Positions 37,370 through 50,639 of a stretch of DNA of 64,000 bases are shown here, one piece after another. How positions within the stretch are numbered: position 1 is the first letter of the stretch; each line of letters starts with the position of its first letter. This DNA is from Blasia pusilla. Lineage: Eukaryota. The notes beneath the pieces are model-generated. The model worked only from the letters and a program-made list of their open reading frames with translations. It was not told the DNA's origin and ran no database searches. The stretch is from assembly GCA_050084515.1 (NCBI GenBank), contig CM114271.1, forward strand, positions 26,722,001 to 26,786,000, read 5' to 3'. A program made the translations under genes and the position numbers.

Positions 37370-38740
37370 CAAATTGAACCAGTCTGTAGTGTTGCACAAT
37401 AAGCTATGAAGCGATCTCTGCTTCTTCTCCAAGCTGCCACTTCTTTTTAGCAAATGAGTTTGTAGGTCACCACCCAACAGCCAGTCTGAATTTCTCACAA
37501 TGCCTTCAACCACATTATACATTTGGCTTCTTTCAAGTTCCTCTGCCTACCTCCTGGGTGTTAAAATATAATCTGGTAAACAATCTGAGAGGAACACAAA
37601 TACTAAGGATTACATTACCCACCCTTCAGAAGCTATAGCTACAAGCTCCCCAGGAGATCCATGTTGCAACGAATATTCACTGCTACCAGCTTAAGGAGCA
37701 TCACCTACTACCCATATGGAGCCGGGAAAAAAATCTTGCTCTCAGTAATTTAAAAGGACATCATATTTAAACCCAAGATTTCACTTCCACAGGTTTAGCT
37801 TGAACCAACCAGGTATTGTGAACTGGATAGGCAACCATACACACAAACCACGGACTCGATCAGCACTAACAAGTCTCAGAGAAACATGTGGCACTGCAAG
37901 CTGCACTCAAATTAACCTGATCTGAGATTAACAGTCAATCTCATGGCCAAGCTGCGCTACAGAGAAACTGATAGGAATTGAAATTGAAACTGCACACTAC
38001 TCTCAGGTCCTGTGTGTCAAGAGACAGAACATTCAGTACCGTACTGGGTCCGACAAATGAGTGACATACCAAGAAGTTCCAAAACTTCAAATCATTCATG
38101 ACATGGTTGGTCTAAGATACAAATCTAACAGAATTCCCATGAGATTGCAAAGGGAGAACTGGGTAGCATAATCGATGGTACAACGTAGCTCAGTGGCAGA
38201 TCCAGTGCTCTGCAAGTATGAAAAACCTCTGAGAATCCTTCTCCTCCTTTTTGCTTGGCCAGGGTTGTGCACAAACTTGACAGGCGATCTCTTGGCAGAA
38301 ACTCAGCTCGCCTTTAAAGCAATAGGTAGAAGTGGGCCAAATTTGTCCCCCTTTAGTTGCAGATGAGCCACAAAAGTAAAGTGCAAAAGGAGACACGTGC
38401 AAACCAATAAATACCAATTCCGCATTTTATTCTATGAAAAATCAATGTAATCCTTGAAAGAGAAAGGGACCACCAATCTGAGATTGATTTCTTGCAAAGG
38501 CATGCCCGTCCCTAATCTGCACAAGGAACTGAAGTGTCCTCACCAAAACTACCAGAGTTGTCTCCTGATCTAACTGGTAACAAGAGGTGTGAGGAAGTGG
38601 TCCTGACTGGGCCAGCTAAAACATCTTGTGACGTAGTGGAAGAGCCGAAGTAGATGAAGCTAGTAAACTGCATGGACTTTTGGTATGGACCACCCAAAAC
38701 TTTTGAAGTTGCTGCACTCTTTGCACCAGACTGCACAAAC

Positions 38741-39636
38741 TCATGGTTTCTTCAAACCTTGCGCCTCTTCTCTAATGTATCTCCAGCACCGTTTATTCAC
38801 TCCACCGATTTTCTCAATAACACCTGTTTTAGGCGCCCCTGCAAGATGAGACAAAGCAAACTTTAAGCACTTGGACACATCAAATGCAGAGTCACCCATA
38901 CGCGCTGGTCACGTCAATAAACTAGCAGAGAAATGGTCTATCGATTAGCGATGCCGAAGGCTGTATCTTCTCATATTGCATTCATCAGACAGAGTCACCT
39001 AGTGTGATGAAAGGCACAGACTAACACAATTCAGTCAACTTGACGGGAGTCTCCAACAGTCTCGAATGCTAGTAATTGACTTGGCTTTTCAGGTTTCAGC
39101 AACAAGCTCCTGCTCAGACGATTCATTGACATGGAAGACTTGAAACTCTCCATGCTTTCAAGAGCTTAGGAATCAGCGCAAATGTGCAGATCGAGAGAAA
39201 AACCAAATCAAGCTATCCCACCTGAGTCGTGAAAAACTCCCCAGGCGGCTCCATGTCGAGCGTCCTGCCATGAAAGCCCACATTGCACCGCATAATTAGT
39301 TACATCACAGATTGGAATGACAGAATACTCCCAAGTACATGTGCAAAATCCCATGTGCATCCGTCAATTCACCACATGATATCTCAACAATGTGGGGGAA
39401 AACTGTGGCCCTCCCCACACCTTGAAAAGCTGGATCTTCGTGACATGGTAATAAGTGTCGGCATTCCAATGTCCTTTCATAACCTTAGCACCCAAACCCC
39501 AATTCGGTAAAAACCGCAGCACTTCAACGAGATTTTTCTTCTTCCGAGTCTTCGGAGGCGCCGTCGCCGTCGCTGTCGCCACAGACGAGCAGGCGCGTCT
39601 TAGTATCAAAAATGTAGCATGGGCGCCTGAAGCCAT
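38741..39636 (-). CDS. MRPS34: Mitochondrial small-subunit ribosomal protein S34 (mS34), 118 aa; exons 39636-39421, 39264-39222, 38838-38741
   Basis: KKKNLVEVLRFLPNWGLGAKVMKGHW...YHVTKIQLFK-DARHGAAWGVFH...KIGGVNKRCWRYI matches the plant mS34 family. N-terminal presequence-like (RRACSS); phases consistent. Confidence 0.88.
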
Positions 39637-39899
39637 GAGTCTGCCCCCCCCCTCCTTCACCCTCCGATCCCTTACAACCCCGTCACATACCCCACTGAAT
39701 AACCCCTACTCTTTCTCTCTCTCTCTCACTACATCGTACTGTTCAAAGCCACTCGAAATCGGAATAATCCGTGCATTGTCTTTCAACTCCCCCTCCTCTC
39801 TCTCTTTCTCTTCCTGAGGAGCATCAGAAATCTCGAGAAAACGCACTATTCGTTCTCGCTAACTTCAATATGCTGAAAGGAAAGATGCTGACCGAAACG

Positions 39900-40050
39900 C
39901 TTCAAATTCGACGGAACCCTAAACGTTTCCACATTGGAGCAGTACCGGAACTCGAAGTTCCAAAGAACGCGCCATTGATCGGATCAGTCCTAACACGCAG
40001 TTTCCTCTCGGATCAGTCCTAACACGTATGAGACTGCGGTTAGGGTTGAA
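39900..40050. promoter_or_regulatory. mS34 upstream region with telo-box-like motifs and a 19-bp duplication
   Basis: AACCCTAAA at ~39915, TTAGGGTT at ~40040; TCGGATCAGTCCTAACACG occurs twice (~39979, ~40008). Confidence 0.45.
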
Positions 40051-40122
40051 GGGGTTGCGTAAAACTAATTTAAATCATCATACATTATTAGGATGAGATG
40101 AGGATGGGTTTGAGGAACCTTA

Positions 40123-40508
40123 GGGCGGGGTCCCATGGGCCAACGTCGGGCACCAACGGTGGTCCTTGTTAAAGCAGATCTCCATCGAACGGTCCAGAAT
40201 CTTTTGTCCTGGCCGGAGTCGGTGATTTGCAAACAGAGTCTTTGGTTTTGTCCGGCAGTCCTTGGTTTTCTTGCGCCCAAAAAAATTGGGCGCAAGAAAT
40301 GATGTGCGTCCTCGCGACCTCCACAACCCGGTAGAAATTTGAAAAAACTCGTTCCACTTCTAACCGTTTTTGTCATTTTTTTTGTCGTATTCTCCCAACC
40401 GGTTGGAAGGAACCGGCTGGAAAGCCGCCGCCGGCGAGCAGTTCCAGCCGGCGGGTGGCTTCTTGGGGTCGCAAGCAACCCCAAGAAGTCGCCCATGCGA
40501 CCCGGCCC
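40123..40508. mobile_element. Harbinger/Tourist-like MITE
   Basis: TIRs GGGCGGGGTCCCATGGG / CCCATGCGACCCGGCCC with TTA duplication on both sides. Internal palindrome TTGCGCCCAAAAAAATTGGGCGCAA. Confidence 0.85.
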
Positions 40509-40656
40509 TTAGTATGCTTTTAGCGACTAACATATACATATGCTTTTTGTATTCCTCTCATATAGACATATGTACGGTTTAACAGAAAAGTAAACAAGAG
40601 GAGTTAAAATAATAGATCTAAAGGACATGTTTCCCATAACAAAATGATTCTTTCAT

Positions 40657-40684
40657 CCGTGCATAGCACAGGTAGGATTCTAGT
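40657..40684 (+). mobile_element. Helitron-like 3' terminus
   Basis: CCGTGCATAGCACAGG hairpin followed by TAGGATT and CTAG|T; a decayed version sits at ~41248. Confidence 0.55.
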
Positions 40685-42124
40685 TATGACATAATTAAGA
40701 TGGGATTTGACGAGGAAACCTCTTCAAATCTTCCTCATGCGTTGACAACCAAGAGTTTTTATGATGTTGACATGTGTCATTTTAAGAAAAAAAAAATCAA
40801 TTAAAATGAGATAATGGGAAATGAGGAGGGGAGGCTTTTTAAAATTTGACCACTATGCCGCCCAAGTTTGGGTTTTTTAAGAGTGTTCGAGAAGACGGTT
40901 TAGAGAATACGGTGGGAAGAAACGGGGCAAAGAGTAACCCGGTGGGAAGAAACGAGGGTTCTAATCCGAGAGGAAACTGCGCTGGTTTTCCCGTTTTTTT
41001 GTGCAACATGAGGAGGACAAAATAATTTGATGGGCAAGAAGATGAATATGGTGTGGAGAAAAAAATGGTACAATGTGGATAACAATCCCATGTGGAGGAA
41101 TAATTGATTGCTAAAAGATAAAAATTATATTGATCTATCCGACGGTCCATAAATTCAAATCATAGGGTTGAGAATACTGCAGAATAACTTGTATTCTGCA
41201 GCCTCTACACTCCAGGTTCACATGTTGCAAGGGCCGTAAAGATCAGTCATGCATAGCACAGGCAACCCTTTAGTCATTAATTATTTTGAAGTGGTTTTGG
41301 AGTGGTGATATGTAGTGAGGTTGTGGGGGATTCACTTTCGTAGTTAAGTGGAAATTCAAATTTTAGGGAGGTTTTTGATGAGATATGCGATGAGCTCCTG
41401 TGAAAATGTAAGAAATGCTCGACACGCAATGGGTATTGGTAAAAAAGCGAAGATACAAACTATATGTAATGACATACAGAATCATGACCGTTATACTAAG
41501 AAATGTTCATGGTGTAAAATCTATGTATATATATAGAAGAAGGAAAAATATAGAGAAAAGGGTTAGAAATGAGTGAAGTGGGGAAAGTGGTAGGCATATT
41601 AACCATGGCAAGTAATTGTAGGAAAATGTTTCTTACTGAGGAGAAAGAGATGCAAAAGTTAGGGGCATTATAGTGGAATTAGTACATTAGTTATAGTAGT
41701 GGGAATATTAACATTAGGCGGTAGTACATAGAGTGAGAATGTGACTTAGGGGAGTGGGAATATATTGTGGACATGCAACTTTTGAAGTTGATGTCGGAAG
41801 CTAGCTTCATAATCACAAATAAGTTGAGTCTCCACAAAATTTAGAATGTGTTATGATAAGATGGAACTATTTGTACCAAAAGCCCGATAAAGAGATGTGA
41901 AAATTATTCTACATTGTAATGCATCAAAGATTGTAGTGAATGTGAGCAAAAAAAATTAGCTGACAATGAGAGAGTGGGGTCATGTGTGAAAAAAATACAA
42001 GGAAGAAGTGAAAACCCATAATTTTCAAATTTGGATGAAGGCAGAAACAAAGCCTCAAAAGTCGGTATAGATAGTATGATATCTATTGCCTATCTATTGA
42101 GTCACTTGTGCATCTTTGACTCAA

Positions 42125-43100
42125 TTACATGAGCTTGTAGTAAGAGTCTTGTGTCACCAGCAATGAGAGGTTGAACATGCTCAAACAAATCCTTGAATTT
42201 TGAACTAGCACCTTGACTTTCTGACTAAGAAATATTATTTGTGACATAGGGATGTCAATCTCTTCATAGAGAGAGGAGAGAAGGTCATCATGTACATCAA
42301 ACTTTATTTGCACAGCAACTAGCTCCTCTTGGGAAGTTGCAAGCTCAAATAACGCATCTTGGTAGAGACGAAGAAGAACAGAAATATGGCATTCACAAGT
42401 TGAAGAAAATGCTAGGGACTGTTCCCGCGAATCGTGCAACAGGAAAATTTGGCATTGGTGTGAGAAAGAAAACAAAGCCTTATGAACATTTGGTTGATCT
42501 GAATAACATATGTTGATAATTTGTCACAACATAAGGAAGGAACAAAGATATATATATATGAGATCTCCACCAAGGTTGGTAGAGAAGTGGCAATAATTAA
42601 GACAAAATTGGTGGAGATGTAAGTTGAATATCAAATGCAGAGTGTGAATCAAAAGAGAGTTGGACCTGAATTGAAATAATTCATAGCAATAACAAAGAAT
42701 ATGTATGAAGATATGATGTTGCATAAGAGAAAAATATTTCAATTACAACACAGAGGTTGGAGTAAGAAAACTTATGTACAAAGAGCTAATTACATGGTTA
42801 CATTTTCTGTGCACTTGTGCTTTTCTGGTGATCTCACAATAGTAGATGAATCAAATGCAGTGCGATTAGAGTAAGCATCTGATATGCTTACACTAATCAT
42901 ACTGCATTTGATACCACTTGTCTCCTCACAATGAGGAAGAATGGGAATGGTATAAGGGGTATCGCCAGCTATAGGAGTAAACTCAAAAAGCTCACCACTT
43001 GAGTGGGCGTGTTTGAGTCTACATATAAGGTCTGATATATACCTTGGAAGGGGATCAGTCGATGACCTTGTGGACCGGTTGATGAAATTCAAGATGTAGG
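42125..43100 (-). mobile_element. Decayed unclassified repeat/TE coding remnant, copy 2 (homologous to ~3400-4600)
   Basis: Shared SLYEEID and GEL.EF..IPIL peptides, in the same order and orientation as copy 1. Confidence 0.6.
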
Positions 43101-44141
43101 GTCCTCAAATGGTCTAAACGGATTTCCCTAGTGACTAATATAAAAAATCTATTCCCTTGTGAGCGGGTTAAGGTAGTCTCTTTGAAGTCTACGCCCTTAT
43201 ATCGCAATGCCTCCTTTTGGATTCCTCAAAAAATACAGGTGAAATAATAATAGATGGAGTATGTACACATAATGCATATGAAAAAAAAATAGTAACCATA
43301 AACGAAAGATAGAGAGTGGTTATCTTGCTCATCCTTATTGAGAGAGCGAAATTTTTCATTCCATATCTTCCCTTGTGTAATGATTTCTTTTATTTTCCCT
43401 CTAATTATGCCATGTTCCCAAAATGCAAGGACAAGGCAAAGATTATCATAGAACCTCATTTGATTTTCAATGGGACATACAAAAGATGGTGGAGATTCCT
43501 CATGAATGCTGGACATCGTTGAGTATTATACTCACAAAGTCCATGAAGGTTGCAAGTACCTGGTGGAAAGCTAGATGATTGGAATAGTATGAGAGAGGTG
43601 AAGTAAAGCTCAATAGCAAAGGATTTTTATCTAAGAACTTACTTAAAGGGTTAATTCTGTTGTTGTTGTCCTTTGAAGCACATGCACTTTTGGGGTGGAT
43701 GATTCCTACTCTAGGATGTACATTGTATGTGTATTACATAGGTGGATTGGGTGTAGTTGACTTCTTCTTACCTTTGGACCTGGTGAAGTCATCATTGATT
43801 ATCATTCTACATGGTAGAAAATGCAACAATGTTTGTGGACAAAGTAGAACTCATATTTGATGTCCGGATGTCCTAAAGTCTTCCAATCATAAAATACCAA
43901 AAATAGCTAATTTTTGCCTACTTCACACACATGTTAACATAACATATACTAGCCTTGTAACAAAAGCATACCTTACTATTATGAGACATCTGCCACTCGG
44001 GGGAGATAGTCTATGGATCACCTACAATTTTTTGGAGTCAAAAACCCCTAACTTATAAGTGAACAAAAATTTCCTCCCCCTTACTTACTTTAAATCCACA
44101 AGTTTTAAAAAATTATGATCCCTATATTGTGTTAAGTAATT

Positions 44142-44214
44142 CATCCAGGATATATGAATTGGAGAACGGTGATTTAGGGTAAATCACTGTTCTCCAATTC
44201 ATATATCCTGGATG
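44142..44214. repeat. Near-perfect 73-nt hairpin
   Basis: CATCCAGGATATATGAATTGGAGAACGGTGATTTA-GGG-TAAATCACTGTTCTCCAATTCATATATCCTGGATG; 34 of 35 pairs, and the exception is G-T. Confidence 0.95.
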
Positions 44215-45249
44215 TAGACTTGGTTTCATGGACAAGCTCACATTTTAAATCACCGTTTCAATATCAATATATTAGCCATCACATGCATCATATGTGAACA
44301 AGGTGTTGCTCATACTTGAGCGCCAATACCAATTGCACAATATCTAACAGACACTACATGCATGCCCATCTTTTGGGACAGGCCGATCCAAAAGATCAAT
44401 AGGAGATCTACATCTACCCCATTAACTACCATATTTTTGTTTAATAAATAGAATGTGACCTAACCAAAACTCCTTTGTAGGGACTACTATCTTCTTATCC
44501 AACTCTTCTTGTCTTCGCTTCTTAGACTTACTTCATATGGTAGAAGGGCCAACTTGTGTAGTAGACTCAAACAAAACAACTATATCACTTCCAATGTCAA
44601 CATAACAAGTTGCGTAGTCTTGATTAGTTGGTTATTTTACCTTATGTGTAGTGTAATATTTTTTGTGATATTCATGTTAGCCTATCTTTAGAAATGAAAG
44701 GATTGCAAGCCCAATCACTCACCAAAGTAGACTTGTAGTATATTTTGCCCTCAAATGTCACAAAAGGCATAACTTGAAAAAACAATACATTTGTGCACTC
44801 TTGCAGAATTGAACTAAATACATGCCTTACCTCATGTCCTAATGTTTATGTCTCTATGGATTGATTGTTATCTGCATCCTCAGCCAAGTCCTCATTAATC
44901 ACTATGAAATCAAGAGAGGCCGGTGCATCACTTTCCCACGCATCGAGACTATTCAATTCCCTTGGCATTGGGTCATCAGCTTCTATTTCATCAACACTAG
45001 ACTCCTCGAGTGGTCAAGGGCTTATTCATGGTCTATGTTCTATGAAATCCTCATAGTCATCACATGCAATTGCCTCATTCATAATAGTAGAATCAGGCCA
45101 CGTATGTGCCTTCACATCCCGTGGATGCAACCACCATCGTCTTTGATCCATAGGCAAAGAGGACATAGGAGACATATTCAACCTGCTCAATATAGATTTT
45201 GCTTCATCCAAACCCTCTTTAAGGGCATCAACTACCAGCTCATTAGTCT

Positions 45250-47450
45250 AAATCAATGAATAGTCAAATAGGTTAGGAGCATCTTCTCCTATACCTAACC
45301 GATTGAGAGTTCCCCGTACATAATCTTGCTTTGGGAGAGATTGACCAATCATTAATCCTTCTGGTCCAAAATTCCAAGCCAACCACTCTATTCAATCCCA
45401 CTATACTATACAACAAAGATCCAAAATCATACTTGCATTCATGGCCACTCATTGCATCTACCTTGTTGAAGAAGATCTCACAATAGTCAGATCCAAGAAG
45501 GTGAAATGGAACTTGCAAGTATGGATACTTATCCCGGAAAGCACACATTAGTAATATAATAAAATGGCAAGACATGTTGATATCATGAAAATCTTGCATT
45601 GATATCATGTTCTTCTCTATCACAGATCCTACACTCCCTACCACAGAATGATCACCATGTCTCAGCCAAAATCTCCATACTCGAAAGAATCACGATATTT
45701 TAGATGCCAAAATTAGACGACTCCTCAATTCATGCTTACATGAGAAGAAAATATCAATGTAATCATCACAAACCTCCAAGTATAGTTGGGTCTCTAGGCT
45801 TATGTCATGGCGAACATCCATTCTCTCAAACATATCTTGCAAACAAGCTTGCACTCTCTTTGAAGAAATTCGTTGAGGCCTATCCTAATTTTTCCTGGCA
45901 GTCCTACTCACATCATCCCACTTCAAGCCATGCTCATGAATTTTGTAGTGGTTATAGACATTTGTCACATATGATAGAGATGCATGTTGATCTCAAAGAA
46001 TACAAGTAGTTTAGCATCTATCCAATGGATTAATTGCTTTCTTTGCATTGTGAGATGCATCATGGTCTCCAAAGCCATATAGATCACCATAAGGAAGAAC
46101 ACAGACATAATATTGCCATCCTTCCCAGGTGGAGTAGAGTTAACACCTCTAAAATCCTCCATCATTAGTTTTCTACAACAAGCATCCCCGTCACTAGCAT
46201 GTCCTAAAAATGCTTGATACCAGCTCGAAAATACTCATCCCACATTGCTTTCAACTACACCCAATGTTGTCTCACCAGTGAATTTGTTATACGTGGCAAT
46301 AACAAAATGGCCAATTTAGGCATAAACTCATGAAGAGGATTTACAATGATAACTCTAGCATACATGCCTTTATAGTAACCATGGAAAGTACTTAAAATCT
46401 TGTGATAGCCCTCATCACCCTCCCCAACGAGTAATTCCATTCCATATGAATATTTCTGTTTCTCTTTGGGCCCACAAAACCCAATGAGGGTATTATAATT
46501 GGCCTCCCATCTGTCACACATGACTCTGCAATGTTAGGTTGTATTCACAAGGAACAAATCATTTAGTGTCTAATAATTTGTATTGCTGAATCTCAAACAC
46601 TCACCTAGGCCTCTCCTAAATCCTTGTTTTGTCCTATGCAAATATATATTATAGGGACATCTCGTTCAATACCAAGAGTTTGCTTTGATGCAGAAATAAT
46701 TATACCAATCTCCATTAATCTTTCTTTGCGCAATCCAACTCTGAAGGGTGGTGACTTGGCTCTTTCTTGCTTCAATGCTTGTAGACTTGGACCACCTGGG
46801 TTCTTCTGAAAGCAGTGGGCCCTTTGCCTACCAACAAATTGTAGCATTGCTTGGGCTATGGCTCTGGTTCTGGTTCTCTTACTATACCTAAAACCCTTGG
46901 CAGCCCTTGGTAGATTTCTAGCAACATCTGTCATGAAATCCCATAACCCTTCTTTGCCACCAAATGCTCAAGTCTTATGCCGATTCACTATATTCCTTTG
47001 GGACAGTCTCAAATCCTTCCTAGCTACTCCTAGCAATTCCTCTAGCTTCCTCCGCCTAGTACTCAAGGAAGCTACTTTGGCAGGATATTGTGGCAAAAGC
47101 CATCGTTGTTTTCTGAATTTGAAAGTCAAATTTGCAACTTTCTTTTTGTGCTCTGTCTTGCTGAGACAATCCAACCATACCCCCCTTGGTATCTCTAGCT
47201 CCTCTTGGCACTAAAGCTTCAACTTCCCTGTGCACACGACCAGGAAAATCATCCCACCGCTTTACTGACTCACATTTACTATATGTTAGGTTCAAAAACC
47301 CACCACCATTGTAAGACAACCTTCCACATAGTTTATGTCTAAAACAACCATGAATGGTCACCAGAGACTCTAGAGTAGGATTATAAACGTGTGCACAACA
47401 CGTTAACTCACAATCCCACAAGACCACAACAACCTTGATATCCATTCAAT
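45250..47450 (-). pseudogene. Frameshifted DDE transposase relic, P-element/THAP9-like
   Basis: Ordered minus-strand motifs: FA*DKTRI (~46630), ARVIIVNPLH, LGHASDGDACCRKLM (~46195), DHDASHNAKKAINPLD (DxxHxxK, ~46055), HLLGSDYCEIFF (~45490). Many stops and frameshifts. Confidence 0.65.
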
Positions 47451-50400
47451 CTCTTCTCCACTTAACCATTTCATCCCACAATCCCCAACAAAGCAAACTT
47501 AGTCGTGGATCTAGTGCTCAATCTAACCCACCTTTCTCAGCAGAGCTCCCAACCTTGGACTTATCTCTTGTGAAGAACTTCAGCGACCTACGAGGCTACT
47601 GGAAAGAGAAGTTTGAAGAAACAATCAACAACCAACCCAAATGTAGAAATTGGAGCAAAGTGATAAGTACAAAAACAATATATCATCATGATACCATCCT
47701 CCTCGATGACGAAAAACTTGTCAACGATTTGTAGAGACAATCTCATATGACTACTAAAGCTCAAGTTGAACATCTATCGCATCATAGAAAGGTTTGTTCA
47801 AAATTTGTACTCGCAAAATTTCCCACTTTTCTCGCACATATTGGTGCTCATTAATTATTCACTTTGTTCCAAAAACATACATTGACTTTGCCAAAACGAC
47901 ATTGAAGGACATGCCTTAACTCTTGGAAGACAAATGTATTCACTTTGTGCCTCGATCAAAAGCACTAATAAAGTGCGTTAAAAATATTGGTATAGACTAT
48001 AATTGTTGGGATGATGAAACAAGCAACTGCCAAATGAGTCGAATAATAGATGAGCAAAAGATGTGAGTAACAACTTTCTAGGAGTTGAAATAAAAAACAT
48101 GTGCAATAGGGAAAAGTTTTCATTTTTCAATGTGTTTTTTATATGCAATTATGTTGCATATGGTCTTCGTGGTATAAACTTCAGTATTTTTAGTTTTAAC
48201 TTCCCCATTCTTAATTATTAGCTAAATAGAAAGAGGTTGTGGCACTTAGAGAGATATAGTTTAAAGAGAATATATGATATCACACAGACACAATCTATGA
48301 CATATTACAAACACTCAATTAGAGAGATTCAACCAAATTAGTTTCAAGAATTGCGTGTTGTAATATGACTTCCCATCGGCATACTAGTACATTTGTTAAC
48401 TACTAGAGCATATCAATGTATAGCAAAAATGATAATTTCCTGAGCCAATATAGAAACCTCAAACTTTGCACCAACATCTTTTTATGATGGTGTTCCTAGG
48501 ATTATAATTTGAAACACATATAAACATAACTCTACCTTCCTTCAACTTTATGCACATCACATCAGATTTCAAGAAATTAAACACCTTGTCGACTACATTT
48601 GATATTTGCTAACACAGATCTAAGTTACTTGAATCATCTTATAGAGGAAAATATGCTTGATCTAGTATAGTTCGCAAATTTATTATCAATATGATCGATA
48701 ATTATTCTACGTTGTTTCTTGTTCTAAATGGTATGATTTTATTTATATATGTATAAAAATTCATATGCTTTCCTTTTTTGCAGAAACACATGTTGTCTGA
48801 TTTGATCATTAAGGTTTATAATGCATGAGGAAACTATTATGCTAAGGGTCCTCAAAGTTGACACTTTTTAAATAGGCTACGTTCCTTATACTTAATTTTT
48901 CACAAACATTAGCTATCCACTTGATGAGACTGTCTTACTTAGTTGATCCAACCTATGTGATATATGAAATGAGTGTTTTAGCATATACTTTAGCAAAACC
49001 AGATTTTTTAGCAAGAGGCATATAGATAATATCACAAAAGTGTCTATCTGCATCTAAGTCTATTTTGCACATTTTCCTTTGTCATAAACATTTGCATTTT
49101 TAAAGTGATGCTTGAAATACGTTACATACATAATTACTTTCCAATCTATATTATTATTAGAGAGTGCCCTTTCATTTTGCAAACACCTCTCATCTTAACT
49201 CTTGGCATTTTCAGCCTATAAGATCACTTGTCTTCTAATTCAATAAGATCGCTCAAAATTGATTTAAATGATACTTGAAAACTTTTTATGGAATGTAGCA
49301 TCTATTGGACTATCTATCTTAAAATGTGGAATTTTTCTTCTGTATTAGATATAAATTATATAATGTTTTTATGTTGTTATATATAATGTATAATTGCCAA
49401 AGAACACTAAAATATTACATTTTAAAAACTTTTCTTCAATTTTTTGTATCAATTATGTAGGCTTTTCTAATTAGTTACAGTTGATTGCTATTAGTGAACG
49501 TAATACATTTTTGCCTTATGTTAATGCTATAACTTTGTTGTAGTTTTGCTCTGAATTTTTCAACATACATTTAAGCAAAAGATAACAATCACATGTAGTT
49601 ATGATTAATATGGCATGAAGTTGCAATCTCCTCAAAGATGTCGCTCATCTATTTTGGAGATACCTCTGGCAAAAGTCACAATTGACACACCGAATGATGA
49701 TAGTGTGCCAATTTACTTGTACGAGATGAAACATTGAAGTTGTACGAGACCAATGAAAAGAGTAAAAAAAAACCACCTTGATAGAATCAACACGCTATTG
49801 AGAACTATCAACGAAGATGAAATAGATAGCATCAACAAAATTTTGACATTGCATAAATCTTTGATAAAACTTAAAGCTGAAATGCGATAGTTTGTTGAGT
49901 ATATTTTTCAAAATTATATTCCGGATCATGAACGGACAAAAAATAAGAATTATTTTCTTACAATTGTCCACATGGCATGAACGCATTGCTACTCAATTCG
50001 GTCCTCGAGTTTTCACGTAGCACTTTTAGCACTCCATAATAATCAATTTGATAGTTATAAAATGCATTTTTACACCATTGGATGATAAATTTGTTAAAAA
50101 TATAAACTAAATAAAAATGCCTATTTTACTTGTAGATTGGTGTATGCTTGATGTTGCTCACGCATCCATTTGGATAATTTTAAGGCATCAATTTGTGCTT
50201 TACCATTTGTGATATTGACCTTAGATTTAAAAGTGCATTACCTTAGTTGAATATAGATTTTTCTGCATATGAGCTACGAAGGCTTCATGGTTTGGATGTC
50301 CATTGCAAAGTGAAGTGATGATTGTTAGCTACTTTAGTACGCATAGTTGGAACACTAATTGTTCAATTGAATTGATATGCCCATGCATACTTAAGAGATT

Positions 50401-50600
50401 ATAGTCAATTAAAACTAGCATAACGAATCTGGATTTATGTAAAATATGAAACTACTCACTTGCATTACAATTTTAACAATGCACATTTCTCAATTCTAAT
50501 GTTTTAGTAGGAGTACTTCAATTCATGCTAATGTTAATGCTTGTTGTGTTGCTCATGTAACTTTATAGACTAGTAAGTTTATGCATATCTTTGTATTACA

Positions 50601-50639
50601 TACTATTTATAATCATGCAATGCATGATTATAAATAGTA
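50601..50639. repeat. Perfect AT-rich palindrome (19-bp arms, 1-nt spacer)
   Basis: TACTATTTATAATCATGCA-A-TGCATGATTATAAATAGTA. Confidence 0.95.
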
